64,000 nucleotides of DNA from a virus (IMGVR_UViG_2524614847_000004:71534-135533); one strand, 5' to 3'; shown: positions 39,870 through 50,154, counted from the first letter of the stretch. Translations and numbers: made by a program. The notes: generated by a model from the letters alone, not told the origin.

Positions 39870-42410
39870 ATGGATCATAAATATCTAAGCTATACAGGCT
39901 TAAAACGCTTCTTTTATACAAAGATATTGAAACAGATCAATCTAAAGATTGACAAAACCAACGGAGATATATCAAATACAAAGATTAGAAGTGTTGAAAC
40001 TTTTGATACAAAGTTTCCTATACCCGCTGCTGGTGAGACAGCAAAACAGTTTCTAGGAAAAGTATTGACGTTTTTAAAAAACATAAAGCCTCTTGAATCC
40101 GATGCGACCTACTACGTTTCAACCGCATCTGGCAATGATATTACAGGTGATGGTTCACAGGAAAAACCATTCAATACAATCACAAAAGCATTGAACTCGA
40201 TACCGAAGAACCTCGGTGGGTGTATTGCTACTGTAAATATTGCAGATGGGACTTATGGCACAACTGGTTTCTCGCTCAACAAATATTATAATGGAACAAT
40301 TCGCATGGTGGGAAATGAGACGTCTCCCGGAAATGTTGTTATTCCATCAACTATGACTAGTTTCACAATTGGTGACACCTATGCTGTGAAATTTGTTATT
40401 TCTGGTATAAATTTTAAAGTTACCGGCAACAACAGTTGTATTCACCTGTATAACACGTATTCTGTATCATTCAATAATTGTATTATAGAAGGAAATAAAA
40501 CTGCTGGCATAAACTGGAACACTGCGTCACTTAAAGTTACTGATACTGTATTCAATAAATGTAATTTCTGTATATGGTCGCCAAACACCTCAACTGCATG
40601 GCAGACAAATACTGATTCAAACTTGGTTGCACGTATTGGTTCATGCAATGGTACTGAGAATGGAAGTATTGCGCTTATTGAAAAAGGTATACTACAATTT
40701 ATTGACAATATATTGCCTGAGACAACCTCTGCACCTACAATAAAAACTGGAGCAATGCTTGTAAAGGGTTCCGGAGCTGTAATTGGTACATTACAAAGTA
40801 ACACAACTTACTATGTGTCTACATCAGGTTCTGATTCCAACGATGGAACATCAGCAAAACCATTCAAGACTATTAAACATACTCTTGATGTGATACCTAA
40901 AGACTTGGGTGGATTTACTGCGACCATTCAAATTGCTGATGGGATATATGATGAGGAAGTGAAAGTGACGGGGTATTATAATGGCGTACTAGATGTAAAG
41001 AGCCAGAGTAATCCAGATACACTGAATACACTATGCCGAATTATGAAGATAAATATATCAAATTGCGCAGCGAAGGTACAATTCTATGGATTGTACCTAA
41101 CACAAAAAGATGCTGTTGCATTCACTGCTGGAAGTTGCGATATGATATATATCAAAGCTTGTCAGGCGATTGAATCAGCAACATTATCATATGGTTTTGA
41201 TTTTACATACGCAACGGCTAGATTGTATGGGTGTAAATGTCAGAATCATCGTAATTGCATTAGGTCATATCTGTCCAATATAAGTTCCGAGAGTTGGGCG
41301 GATAGTTCGGCTGCTGAATGGGGCATATCTGTTTCAGGTGGTAAGTTGTCGAAGGTTGGTAACCAACCATCGGGTACATATGGTCCCGAATCAATACAGG
41401 ACGGCGGAATTATTGTCAGCAAATATGGTGGCAGCATTGGGGCACTGATAAACAGTGTTACACTGTATGTAGCAACCACCGGTTCCGATATCACTGGTTC
41501 AGGGAGTAGTTCAAGTCCTTATAGGACCATACAGTATGCACTCAATACAATACCAAAAGATTTAGGTGGACATCTTGTAGAAATAATAGCTTCCAATGGA
41601 ATTTATGATGAAGCTTTACTGATTAGAGGCTTTCATTCGGGACGATTGAAAATATCATCAACAAGTCCTGAAATAGTAAACACAGATTTAAATGTTAACT
41701 CTATTACTATTTCACATTGCAATGCTTTAATTTGGATTGCTGGTCTGTGTGTTACCAGTAACGAAAACGCAATAGCCGTTCAATTTAGTGATAAAGCGAT
41801 GATATCTTATACGTTAATAAATGCTTCCGGTGGGTACGGTGTAGTATTTGAAGTATGCAGTAATGGACGAGTAATTTCAAGTACAGTATCGAATCGAACT
41901 ACTGCTATAAGGTTTGTTGATAGTTCGGGTTATGTCTATAGTGTTACAGGTTCGAATAACAACATTGGAGTTTCAGCGAATGGAAATGCTGTAGTACACT
42001 TGATTAATACTATTCCTGGAGCAACAACACCAAAAACGCAAGGAAGTGGTGGAGCCTTTATAAACGAAAACGGTACACAGATATCAGAACTAATCAATTC
42101 TGGATTAGCATGTACATGGGGGACGATCAGCGGTGGAATTGTACGGAATGGGATTACTGGTGGCACTGGTATGATCACTATTGTTGTACAGATAACAACC
42201 ACAGTACAATTAACAAGTGGGCAACAATATAACATAAGTGGATTCCCAATACCGAGCACAGGCGTGCCTGTTGCTGTTGCGAGTAATGCGTCTACCACTA
42301 TAATTAGTTGGTTGGGATATACTAATGGAACTATTGGGGTAATCCCAACGGTAAATGTAGCATCAAATACTATATTACAATTCAACGTAACTTATCCAAC
42401 AAAATCATAA
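39870..42410 (+). CDS. Tail fibre/spike with three beta-helix-like repeats
   Basis: Three copies of YV(S/A)T.G.D..G...P(F/Y).TI..L..IPK.LGG. Confidence 0.7.
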   Translation: MDHKYLSYTGLKRFFYTKILKQINLKIDKTNGDISNTKIRSVETFDTKFPIPAAGETAKQFLGKVLTFLKNIKPLESDATYYVSTASGNDITGDGSQEKPFNTITKALNSIPKNLGGCIATVNIADGTYGTTGFSLNKYYNGTIRMVGNETSPGNVVIPSTMTSFTIGDTYAVKFVISGINFKVTGNNSCIHLYNTYSVSFNNCIIEGNKTAGINWNTASLKVTDTVFNKCNFCIWSPNTSTAWQTNTDSNLVARIGSCNGTENGSIALIEKGILQFIDNILPETTSAPTIKTGAMLVKGSGAVIGTLQSNTTYYVSTSGSDSNDGTSAKPFKTIKHTLDVIPKDLGGFTATIQIADGIYDEEVKVTGYYNGVLDVKSQSNPDTLNTLCRIMKINISNCAAKVQFYGLYLTQKDAVAFTAGSCDMIYIKACQAIESATLSYGFDFTYATARLYGCKCQNHRNCIRSYLSNISSESWADSSAAEWGISVSGGKLSKVGNQPSGTYGPESIQDGGIIVSKYGGSIGALINSVTLYVATTGSDITGSGSSSSPYRTIQYALNTIPKDLGGHLVEIIASNGIYDEALLIRGFHSGRLKISSTSPEIVNTDLNVNSITISHCNALIWIAGLCVTSNENAIAVQFSDKAMISYTLINASGGYGVVFEVCSNGRVISSTVSNRTTAIRFVDSSGYVYSVTGSNNNIGVSANGNAVVHLINTIPGATTPKTQGSGGAFINENGTQISELINSGLACTWGTISGGIVRNGITGGTGMITIVVQITTTVQLTSGQQYNISGFPIPSTGVPVAVASNASTTIISWLGYTNGTIGVIPTVNVASNTILQFNVTYPTKS

Positions 42411-42423
42411 CTGGAGGAATAAA

Positions 42424-42861
42424 ATGAAATATGAAAAGATCAAAATAGGTGATACAACTCTGGACATTGCTGCTGGAAGTTGTGGCTTAGATCCAGATCG
42501 CCAAGGTGACATAGCTACGGTTGCAATCATCATTGGTGACAATACTATCGATGATATCCACACGGTATTATCATCTAGTGAGACAGTCACAAAGTATGGT
42601 ACAGATAGTAATAAACAATGGGAAAGATATAATCTGATATATACCAGAAGAATGTCAATAAACCCAAGCTTCCCGATCGGTATTGAGCATGTAGAGGACG
42701 GTACTGATGATGGCAAGAATATCGAGGTTATGGGCAAGGTATTCATTGCGGAGTATAAACTACCAACGATGCAGGATGAACTACAGGCAAAGAATGCACA
42801 GATTGATCGGCTAAATGCGGAGAATGCATACCTGTCAATGATGTCTGGCATTACGGTATAG
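42424..42861 (+). CDS. Fibre chaperone-like protein
   Basis: C-terminal coiled coil ..YLSMMSGI, upstream of XkdX. Confidence 0.5.
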   Translation: MKYEKIKIGDTTLDIAAGSCGLDPDRQGDIATVAIIIGDNTIDDIHTVLSSSETVTKYGTDSNKQWERYNLIYTRRMSINPSFPIGIEHVEDGTDDGKNIEVMGKVFIAEYKLPTMQDELQAKNAQIDRLNAENAYLSMMSGITV

Positions 42862-42872
42862 GAGGTGACGTT

Positions 42873-43022
42873 ATGGATACACACAGCCCGAACTACGTTC
42901 TTGTAAAAGGTTTCTACAATGCAGAATTATGGAAAATATCGTGGGTGCACGATGCCGTAGGTAAGTGGATTACCGAAAAAGAATACCTGGATATCACCGG
43001 GAAAGAGTATGAGAAAGCATAA
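42873..43022 (+). CDS. XkdX family protein, 49 aa (not in the ORF track)
   Basis: VK.FY...LW...V.DAV.KWITEKEY..ITG.EY. Confidence 0.8.
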   Translation: MDTHSPNYVLVKGFYNAELWKISWVHDAVGKWITEKEYLDITGKEYEKA

Positions 43023-43039
43023 AATACATAAATAAAATT

Positions 43040-43082
43040 TAGGGAATAGTTGAGATAAACACTCTTCTATTCCCTATTTTTT
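43040..43082 (+). terminator. End-of-module terminator with a UU/UU internal loop
   Basis: tagggaatag-tt-gag-ataaaca-ctc-tt-ctattcccta followed by T6. Confidence 0.7.
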
Positions 43083-43471
43083 ACTATATAAAAGTACTCT
43101 TTTATCGGGTTATGGTATGTAATTATAGTAGCAAGACGAGTAATAGCGATTGACAAAGATTCGGATAGCTTACAGTTGTAACAATCTTGCATGTTTCCTA
43201 TCCATGATCCAATTACAGTTAAAAAATTGACATTAAAAATACCGTACACAAAATATTTATAACGATGTCCAGGAGAGGCTGATTTGGCCTCCATCCTGTA
43301 ATAATGTGATAAAACAGGATATAAAAAACTAAAAAATTTTTAGGTATACTAAAATTAATTGTGCACAGTGCCGAATTTTCATATGGAAATTAAGTAACAA
43401 TGTCCATTGTAGGTGTGAATCCTTAGTGATAAGATTATTGAATAAAAAATATTTAGAAAAATAAGGGGAGT

Positions 43472-44152
43472 TTGCTTATGAAAAATTCAGACATGTTTAA
43501 ACGTTATGGACTGTTTATTGCAGGAGTTATATTCAGTGCATTGGGAATCAGCCTTATAACAAAAGCAGGGCTTGGTACATCACCGATTACGAGCCTTGCT
43601 TTTGTGTTGACCTTTATCTTTCCTAAGAGCCTGGGCGTATTTACAATGATGGTTAATTTTGCTATGTTTCTGCTACAGGCTATTCTTTTGGGAAAAACCT
43701 TTAAGAAGATCCAGCTTTTGCAGCTTCCTGCCGCACTTCTGTTTTCCTTGTGCATTGACGTATGGATGTATCTGCTCTCCTTCTGGCAGGTGGGTAATTA
43801 TCTGGGTGAAGCTCTGATGCTGCTCTCAGGCTGTGTATTCTTAGGCTTTGGAATATCACTTGAAGTGATTCCCAATGTGCTTATCCTGCCTGGAGAAGGT
43901 CTGGTAAGGGTGATAGCAGGACTTACAGGCTGGAGGTTCGGCAGGGTTAAGACCGGATTTGACCTGAGTATTGTTATCAGTGCTGTGATTGTGTCTGTAC
44001 TTGTGACAGGCAGCGTGCTGGGAATCAGGGAGGGAACAGTGATCGCTGCTCTTATTGTAGGAAGTATTTCTCACTTTTTTATAGACAAGGTATCTGGCCT
44101 GCTTGCAAGGTGGCTTCCCGCTTATACCAATACAGGGGATGTCTGTCTGTAG
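43472..44152 (+). CDS. YczE/YyaS/YitT family membrane protein
   Basis: KAGLGTSPITS, PGEGLV and GIREGT..AAL..G motifs; multiple transmembrane segments. Confidence 0.85.
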   Translation: MLMKNSDMFKRYGLFIAGVIFSALGISLITKAGLGTSPITSLAFVLTFIFPKSLGVFTMMVNFAMFLLQAILLGKTFKKIQLLQLPAALLFSLCIDVWMYLLSFWQVGNYLGEALMLLSGCVFLGFGISLEVIPNVLILPGEGLVRVIAGLTGWRFGRVKTGFDLSIVISAVIVSVLVTGSVLGIREGTVIAALIVGSISHFFIDKVSGLLARWLPAYTNTGDVCL

Positions 44153-44292
44153 GCGTTGTTTCTGTTGGCCCGCCTTTTATCAATAGCACATATTTTCTTT
44201 TTATTGTTAAAAAATATAGAAGCATTTCAGCTCCCATATTTTAAGCAAATATGAGTTTTATTGTAATTTCTATATATAATAAATTGTCAAGT

Positions 44293-45213
44293 TTATATCC
44301 TACATTCTTCAGGCAATTTGTCGTCTCGCACACTTTTGAACGTCGGTTGTCGTATGCCCTCTTTCTCAGAAGGCATATATTCAATAGTACATACCATTGG
44401 CTCAATCCATGTTGCATCGGCATATCCGGTTAAACTATCTATGGGGCAATCGGAAATTTTCATGCCATGTTGTTTAAGCTTAGCGATACTTACTCCGAGA
44501 GAAACATGGTTCGTAATAATTAGTTTATTCTTGTCATCATACTTCGCTAATATCAGGGTAGTCATGCTGTTTTTATTGAACATATAACCTATGCATATAA
44601 AATCTTCTTCTTTGAGTACTTTAATTTTCTTCCATTCTTTTGACTTTTTCCCAAACCAATATAGGCTTGATTTCTTTTTTCCAACGACACCCTCCAAGTT
44701 GAAATCTTCCGCGAATTTGTACATTGCTATTCCATCAGTTTCAATGTATCGAGATTTTGACAAAATATCGCTTTCTGATATTACTTCGTCCAACAACTTT
44801 TTGCGCTCCATCAGCGGCAAATCAGTTACGGGTTTGTCTTTATAGTAAAGTATATCATAAGCCACAAAATTGGCCGGGTGTTTTTTATACGCTAGTTCTA
44901 TCTTAAAGAGGTCAGTTAAAACCGTCCTTCTTTGGACTTCGTAAAAATCCGGCTTCCCATTAACCAATACGTTTAGTTCTCCGTCAAGTATGCATTTGTG
45001 TCGACAACCCTCATGTAATAGCTCTAATTCCGGGAATCTCGGCAATAACATCATATTTCGTTTATTTCTCAGATCAGTAGATTGATTATCAATATATGCA
45101 ATGCATCTGATTCCGTCAAACTTTAGTTCAAAAATAGAATCCACATCATCATACGGGCCAACTCTTTCTGAAATAAGCATAGGACTTATATTCTTGCTAT
45201 CAAATATATCCAT
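44293..45213 (-). CDS. ATP-dependent DNA ligase (LigD ligase-domain type)
   Basis: ELKFDGIR, LDGEL, YDIL, EGVVGK, WKKIK and RDDK motifs. Confidence 0.92.
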   Translation of the reverse strand: MDIFDSKNISPMLISERVGPYDDVDSIFELKFDGIRCIAYIDNQSTDLRNKRNMMLLPRFPELELLHEGCRHKCILDGELNVLVNGKPDFYEVQRRTVLTDLFKIELAYKKHPANFVAYDILYYKDKPVTDLPLMERKKLLDEVISESDILSKSRYIETDGIAMYKFAEDFNLEGVVGKKKSSLYWFGKKSKEWKKIKVLKEEDFICIGYMFNKNSMTTLILAKYDDKNKLIITNHVSLGVSIAKLKQHGMKISDCPIDSLTGYADATWIEPMVCTIEYMPSEKEGIRQPTFKSVRDDKLPEECRI

Positions 45214-45989
45214 TATGCCAGACCTTTGTTTCCTTTTGCCATTTCAACGGTCTTCTTCATTGCTTCCATCAAGTCGATAATATTATTTGGACTCTCATTA
45301 TCAATATTAACAATCTCTTTTCCAGCAATTTTTGTCTCGATAGCTTGCCGCAATTTCACCTGATATTCGTCATGATAAATAGCTGGATCAAAAGTTGATG
45401 TCATTGAATCGATCATAATTTTTGCCATATCTACTTCTGGCTTTGAAACATCTGGTTTGGTTATTGCTACTGGCACAGCTTGTATTTCAGATTGGTAAAA
45501 AAGTATTTTAGCGATAATACCATCTTTAGTCGGATATAATACCATTAGATTTTCTGTTGTACCTATTACGGTCTTTGCAATTCCTACTTTCTCCTGTGAT
45601 AGCATTGCCTGACGTAGTAACTCATAGGCTTTTTCGGCTCCTGGTTCAGGTACTACATAATAATTCTTTTCATAATAAATTTGATCCACATCAGACATTT
45701 TTGCAAAATGTTCTATATGAATTGTTTTATCTTTCTTTGTTTTTATTATATCAAGTTCATCTTCAGTGAAAGTTACATATTTTCCCTTTTCATACTCATA
45801 GCCTTTTATAATATCATCATTTGTTACTTCCTTATTACATGAGGGGCAAATTTTTTTATATTTTACCCGCTCGTGCGTATCCTTACAAAGCTGATTAAAA
45901 CTGACTGATATTTCCTTTGTTGATTTATATAATCCGACTGGTATATATAATAGACCTACGCTTATTGCACTCTTATGTGCTACGGCCAT
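45213..45989 (-). CDS. ku: Ku NHEJ protein
   Basis: ISVGLLYIPV.LY, SFNQL, IIKGYEYEKG.YV, YHDEY, DLMEAM. Confidence 0.92.
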   Translation of the reverse strand: MAVAHKSAISVGLLYIPVGLYKSTKEISVSFNQLCKDTHERVKYKKICPSCNKEVTNDDIIKGYEYEKGKYVTFTEDELDIIKTKKDKTIHIEHFAKMSDVDQIYYEKNYYVVPEPGAEKAYELLRQAMLSQEKVGIAKTVIGTTENLMVLYPTKDGIIAKILFYQSEIQAVPVAITKPDVSKPEVDMAKIMIDSMTSTFDPAIYHDEYQVKLRQAIETKIAGKEIVNIDNESPNNIIDLMEAMKKTVEMAKGNKGLA

Positions 45990-46046
45990 AAAATCACCAC
46001 CTTTAGCAATATTATGTTATAAGCCGATGATCTCTATACACGCACA

Positions 46047-46358
46047 TTATATTACCATGACCCATTTGCATGATTCCATATAAAAAACCAGTTTAAATTC
46101 ATGACGTATGCCGCCAATGATTGCATCACATTGAAATTCTTTTGATGGAATTCCGTTATAATTTTTATCTTCAGTGCATTTTATGATTATATCAGATATT
46201 GTTTGTATGATACCGTCGTCGCCTTCAAACTTAAAGCTCAGAGGTCTTGGACTACAATTGGCGGTAAACCAAGCCTTGCAAGCAATAGGATACGTCTTAC
46301 CGTGTAGCTCTCCGCTATCAATCTCTTTTACATTTGTTCCAATCCCAAATGCACCCAT
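46047..46358 (-). CDS. Hypothetical protein directly downstream of dinB
   Basis: Operon position, SD present. Confidence 0.6.
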   Translation of the reverse strand: MGAFGIGTNVKEIDSGELHGKTYPIACKAWFTANCSPRPLSFKFEGDDGIIQTISDIIIKCTEDKNYNGIPSKEFQCDAIIGGIRHEFKLVFYMESCKWVMVI

Positions 46359-46371
46359 GTTACCTTACCAC

Positions 46372-47634
46372 CTATAATATATTTTGAGTTTCATAATTCA
46401 CGGTTCTCTTTTCACGACTGATCCCGCCGCTCATATGGTCAACCTTGTCGGCCTTAATAAAACTTGCTCTCACAATAGAGTCTGCTCCAAATCTCTTTCT
46501 AATATCATCTACTGCCCTATCCAATCGTTCTAATTTTTCGTAATCCAGGTCATCAAATAGGTTTAGCTGTCTTATTTCTTCGGTTACTACTTGGCTGGTG
46601 TGGATACCCAGATGTCGGATTGGAACCTTATCCCACATTTCATCAAATACTTGGCAAGCCGATTCATAGATTTCTCTTGTTATGTTGGTGGCAGTTTTCA
46701 GTTTCTTTTGGTGGCTGTAGTATCCAAGATTGAAATCCCTTATCCCCACGGATATTACTTTGATTTTTACGTTATCATCACGCAGCCTGGCTGAAACTGT
46801 CTCTGCAAGTGATAATAGCACTAACTTGGCTGTACCGGCATCTGTAACGTCAAACGAAATTGTGGTGCTGTTACCATAACCCTTGTTAGGCGGTGGTACA
46901 GGTTCAACAGCCGAGAAATCAATGCCATTAGCAAATGACCAGATTACTTCTCCATGCTTACCAAGATGGGATTTAATTATTGACAGATCGGTTTGCGCCA
47001 ACTCTCCTATTGTTTTAATGCCAAGATTATTTAATTTTCTTGTTGTTGCTCTGCCAACAAAAAATAGGTCAGATGCAGGAAGTGTCCACATTTTATCTTT
47101 TATTTCACTTAACCACAGAGTATGCACCTTATCAGGCTTTTTAAAGTCTGATGCCATCTTAGCCAGGACTTTATTTTTTGAGATTCCAATGTTTACGGTA
47201 AAACCAAGTTCCCTATAAATGCGCTCCCTAATCTCATTTGCAATATCTTCTGGCCTTCCAAATAATGATTCAGTACCAGTCATGTCGACAAACGCCTCGT
47301 CGATGGAGTATTGTTCTACAACAGGGCCATATTCCTTTAATATATTTATGAAAGCCTTTGATGATTTTTGATACAAATTATAATTAGGCGGCACAAGTAC
47401 AAGGTCAGGACATTTTCTTAGCGCTTCTGGCACGGATTCACCTGTTTTAATATTGTACTTTTTTGCTGGTATACTTTTCGCAAGTATAATACCATGCCTT
47501 TTTGTAACGTCACCACCAACCGCCGATGGTATATCGCGTAAATCTAAATTCCCACCCAAATGATGGATTCGATAAACCGCTTCCCAGCTCAGAAAAGCAG
47601 AGTTTACATCGATGTGAAAAATCACATTTCTCAT
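46372..47634 (-). CDS. dinB: Y-family DNA polymerase (DinB/UvrX-like)
   Basis: HIDVNSAF, SIDEAF, LAKMASDFKKP, QLNLF clamp-binding motif. Confidence 0.92.
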   Translation of the reverse strand: MRNVIFHIDVNSAFLSWEAVYRIHHLGGNLDLRDIPSAVGGDVTKRHGIILAKSIPAKKYNIKTGESVPEALRKCPDLVLVPPNYNLYQKSSKAFINILKEYGPVVEQYSIDEAFVDMTGTESLFGRPEDIANEIRERIYRELGFTVNIGISKNKVLAKMASDFKKPDKVHTLWLSEIKDKMWTLPASDLFFVGRATTRKLNNLGIKTIGELAQTDLSIIKSHLGKHGEVIWSFANGIDFSAVEPVPPPNKGYGNSTTISFDVTDAGTAKLVLLSLAETVSARLRDDNVKIKVISVGIRDFNLGYYSHQKKLKTATNITREIYESACQVFDEMWDKVPIRHLGIHTSQVVTEEIRQLNLFDDLDYEKLERLDRAVDDIRKRFGADSIVRASFIKADKVDHMSGGISREKRTVNYETQNIL

Positions 47635-47662
47635 AATAGAATCACCTCTATTACATTATATT

Positions 47663-47676
47663 CGAACATACATTCG
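47663..47676. promoter_or_regulatory. SOS (LexA) box upstream of dinB
   Basis: cGAACatacATTCg, one mismatch to Firmicute GAAC-N4-GTTC. Confidence 0.75.
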
Positions 47677-47810
47677 AATAGTAGTGGAAATTACTGGTAG
47701 AGGTTAAATAAAGAGGTAACTTCTAGTTTCAAGGGGTAACTTCCATCCATATCGAAGTTAGTGCTATACCGGAAAACATCTTACTTGAAGACTCGTTCCC
47801 TCTTTCGAAA

Positions 47811-47858
47811 AAAATAAACCTCCAAACTGATTAATATCCCACACAGTTTGGAGGTTTG
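47811..47858 (-). terminator. Terminator for minus-strand genes
   Basis: aaacctccaaactg...cagtttggaggttt preceded by an A-tract. Confidence 0.6.
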
Positions 47859-47912
47859 CATGAATTTTAGAATACTTGTCCATTAAACCGCGTAATGCGG
47901 TATAGTTATTTT

Positions 47913-48377
47913 TTATTCTTGTTTGGATAATTCTTTATATACATAATGATTGTTTTCATCATAACTGTATTCACCTATTATTTCGGTTATTATTCCAAGA
48001 TCTGAATCCCAAACACCATATTTGCCATGTATAAAAGAATTAGTAAAAACAATCGCTGTATTGTCTTCAAATGCAATGATAACATCATCTCTCATTTGAC
48101 TGCTTATTCTTACATAATCTACAAAGTCGGAATTAGGTATATTAGCAAAATCGTCTTTCGTTACATCTATCAGCACTGTATCTTTTCCATATACGTCAGT
48201 ATAAAGAGGACTATATTTATTTAGCTTGTTATCTAATGGCATAGGCTCAATCTCAATATTAGTTTCGTATGCATTGCTATTTGATACATTTTTGCAACCT
48301 GATAGACATAATGCAATAGCTAATACTAAAAAAAACTTGTTTTTCAAAATCATTTTACCTTTCATATTCGTTTTCAT
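47913..48377 (-). CDS. Putative lipoprotein
   Basis: Lipobox LSGC after a hydrophobic stretch. Confidence 0.7.
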   Translation of the reverse strand: MKTNMKGKMILKNKFFLVLAIALCLSGCKNVSNSNAYETNIEIEPMPLDNKLNKYSPLYTDVYGKDTVLIDVTKDDFANIPNSDFVDYVRISSQMRDDVIIAFEDNTAIVFTNSFIHGKYGVWDSDLGIITEIIGEYSYDENNHYVYKELSKQE

Positions 48378-48380
48378 TTT

Positions 48381-48977
48381 TTACTTAAAGGTAGTAGCAC
48401 CAGTTCCCTTTAAATATGTATCATTATTGGGCAGTTTAGTCTCATTCTTTACTTGTATGGCTAAATTTTTACCTTTTGGCACATTTGTAAATTTAATACC
48501 CCCTTTTACATCATCTGCTTTACCTTTATATGAAAAAAGTGGTGTATTTATATCTTCCATTATAGATACAATGTAATAATGCTCACTAGATGTATAAGAA
48601 ACCCCTGTTTTTATGTTCAATAGATGCGCTTTTGTGGTAACCGTCCAATTAGAAAAAGGGTTATATTCAAATATTGTGGTTTGTTTATCTCTTGTTTCAA
48701 AACTAAATGATTCAACTGCTGATCTTTCTAATAATCTTTCTGATGATTGCTCAGTATTTTCTGGATCAGTATAGACGATTTCTCCATTAATCCATTCACC
48801 ATTTGAAAAATCGCAATCATATAAAGGGTTAGTAATATCAACCACTTCTACGTCACCAATCGTCTCAACTTGTACAGTTTGACCATCAATTTCTATTTCA
48901 TATGTTGCAGCAAAAGCGTTGGTTGAAAACATTAAAACCATTGTAATACTTGATACTAATAGATGTAGCTTTTTCAT
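48381..48977 (-). CDS. Secreted protein
   Basis: Signal peptide ending AFA; GGAGGG SD. Confidence 0.7.
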   Translation of the reverse strand: MKKLHLLVSSITMVLMFSTNAFAATYEIEIDGQTVQVETIGDVEVVDITNPLYDCDFSNGEWINGEIVYTDPENTEQSSERLLERSAVESFSFETRDKQTTIFEYNPFSNWTVTTKAHLLNIKTGVSYTSSEHYYIVSIMEDINTPLFSYKGKADDVKGGIKFTNVPKGKNLAIQVKNETKLPNNDTYLKGTGATTFK

Positions 48978-49197
48978 ATTAATTCCCTCCTTGTAAAACT
49001 AAAACTTATGGTTACGGGATTAATATATCAGACATTTTTTACCAAATCAATGACAAACCTTAAATTTACTAATTATTCAATAAATGTTTAAGAATTAAAT
49101 AATAATCCGTAATGTATTCGTAATGTATATATACAAAACCGTTGCATGAGCAGATGAGTAATCTGCTGAGCAACGACCTTTTAGCATTCCTTATTTT

Positions 49198-49539
49198 TTA
49201 CCTATATGACGGTTTGTAAGCTGGTTCAAATCCGTGCTGCTCATTATAAGCATATTGCAATAGGTCATATAATTCATTTGTGATAGTGTCTGGCTTAATA
49301 TATCCGTCGAGCATGTTAATTACTTTTGATGCATATTCAGACGGTATAGGCTTTCTGTCAATTTGTTTGTGTAAATCTTCTTTCATCTCTTCTAGAGTTT
49401 CAAATTTTGTTGGCATAGGAAGGCCATATATTTTTGCCAGAATTCCAATTGCGCAACAGCATTCATTTGTTGAGGTCAGTAAAACCCCATCAAATTGCGA
49501 TTTTATCTCAATAGCTTGCTTGTTGATGTAAAATACCAT
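49198..49539 (-). CDS. Hypothetical protein downstream of lexA
   Basis: ORF with AAGGA SD, co-oriented with lexA. Confidence 0.55.
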   Translation of the reverse strand: MVFYINKQAIEIKSQFDGVLLTSTNECCCAIGILAKIYGLPMPTKFETLEEMKEDLHKQIDRKPIPSEYASKVINMLDGYIKPDTITNELYDLLQYAYNEQHGFEPAYKPSYR

Positions 49540-49560
49540 GATGATTTTCCTTTGTTTTAT

Positions 49561-50154
49561 TTACATGAATCTAAACGTTCCAACTACTTTGCCTAATATT
49601 TCAGCATTATATACGATAATGGGCGGCATTAAATCATTCTCTGGCTGTAAGCGATAATATCCATCTTCTTTATAAAAGCGTTTCACTGTTGCTTCATTGT
49701 TTACTAATACCACTGCTATTTCTCCATTATCTACATAGGACTGCCTATTCACTAAAATAAGATCACCGTTATAAATAGCAACCTTAATCATACTGTCACC
49801 TTTTACTTTAAGCATGAAATAGTCATTGCCTCTAGACATATCGGCTGGTATTGGAAAATATTCTCTTATATTTTGTTCTGCATATAACGGTAATCCAGCG
49901 GCAACAGTGCCAAGTACGGGTATGTCAACAGTCTTATTATTTAACTCTTTAAGTTCATATGCTCTAGGTTTAGCAGGATCTCGGACAATATATCCTAGCT
50001 CTTCAAGTTTCTGCATATGAAATTGTGCGGTTGAAGGCGATTTGCAACCTAACGCTTCAGCCACCTCTCTCACTGTAGGTGGATATCCATTTTGCGTGAC
50101 ATATTGCTTGATATAGTCGTATACTAATTGCTGTTTATCGGACAGTTTTTTCAT
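49561..50154 (-). CDS. lexA: LexA repressor
   Basis: GYPPTVREV..STA..H..LE..GYI winged HTH; VAAG cleavage site; GDSM and TVKR catalytic dyad. Confidence 0.95.
   Translation of the reverse strand: MKKLSDKQQLVYDYIKQYVTQNGYPPTVREVAEALGCKSPSTAQFHMQKLEELGYIVRDPAKPRAYELKELNNKTVDIPVLGTVAAGLPLYAEQNIREYFPIPADMSRGNDYFMLKVKGDSMIKVAIYNGDLILVNRQSYVDNGEIAVVLVNNEATVKRFYKEDGYYRLQPENDLMPPIIVYNAEILGKVVGTFRFM

Noticed and set aside
43260-43440. Known riboswitch before the YczE-like gene
   Set aside because: Hairpins are present but I could not match a recognised aptamer consensus
38000-44200. Complete DGR cassette
   Set aside because: No reverse transcriptase, Avd or AAC-rich template repeat seen in the window
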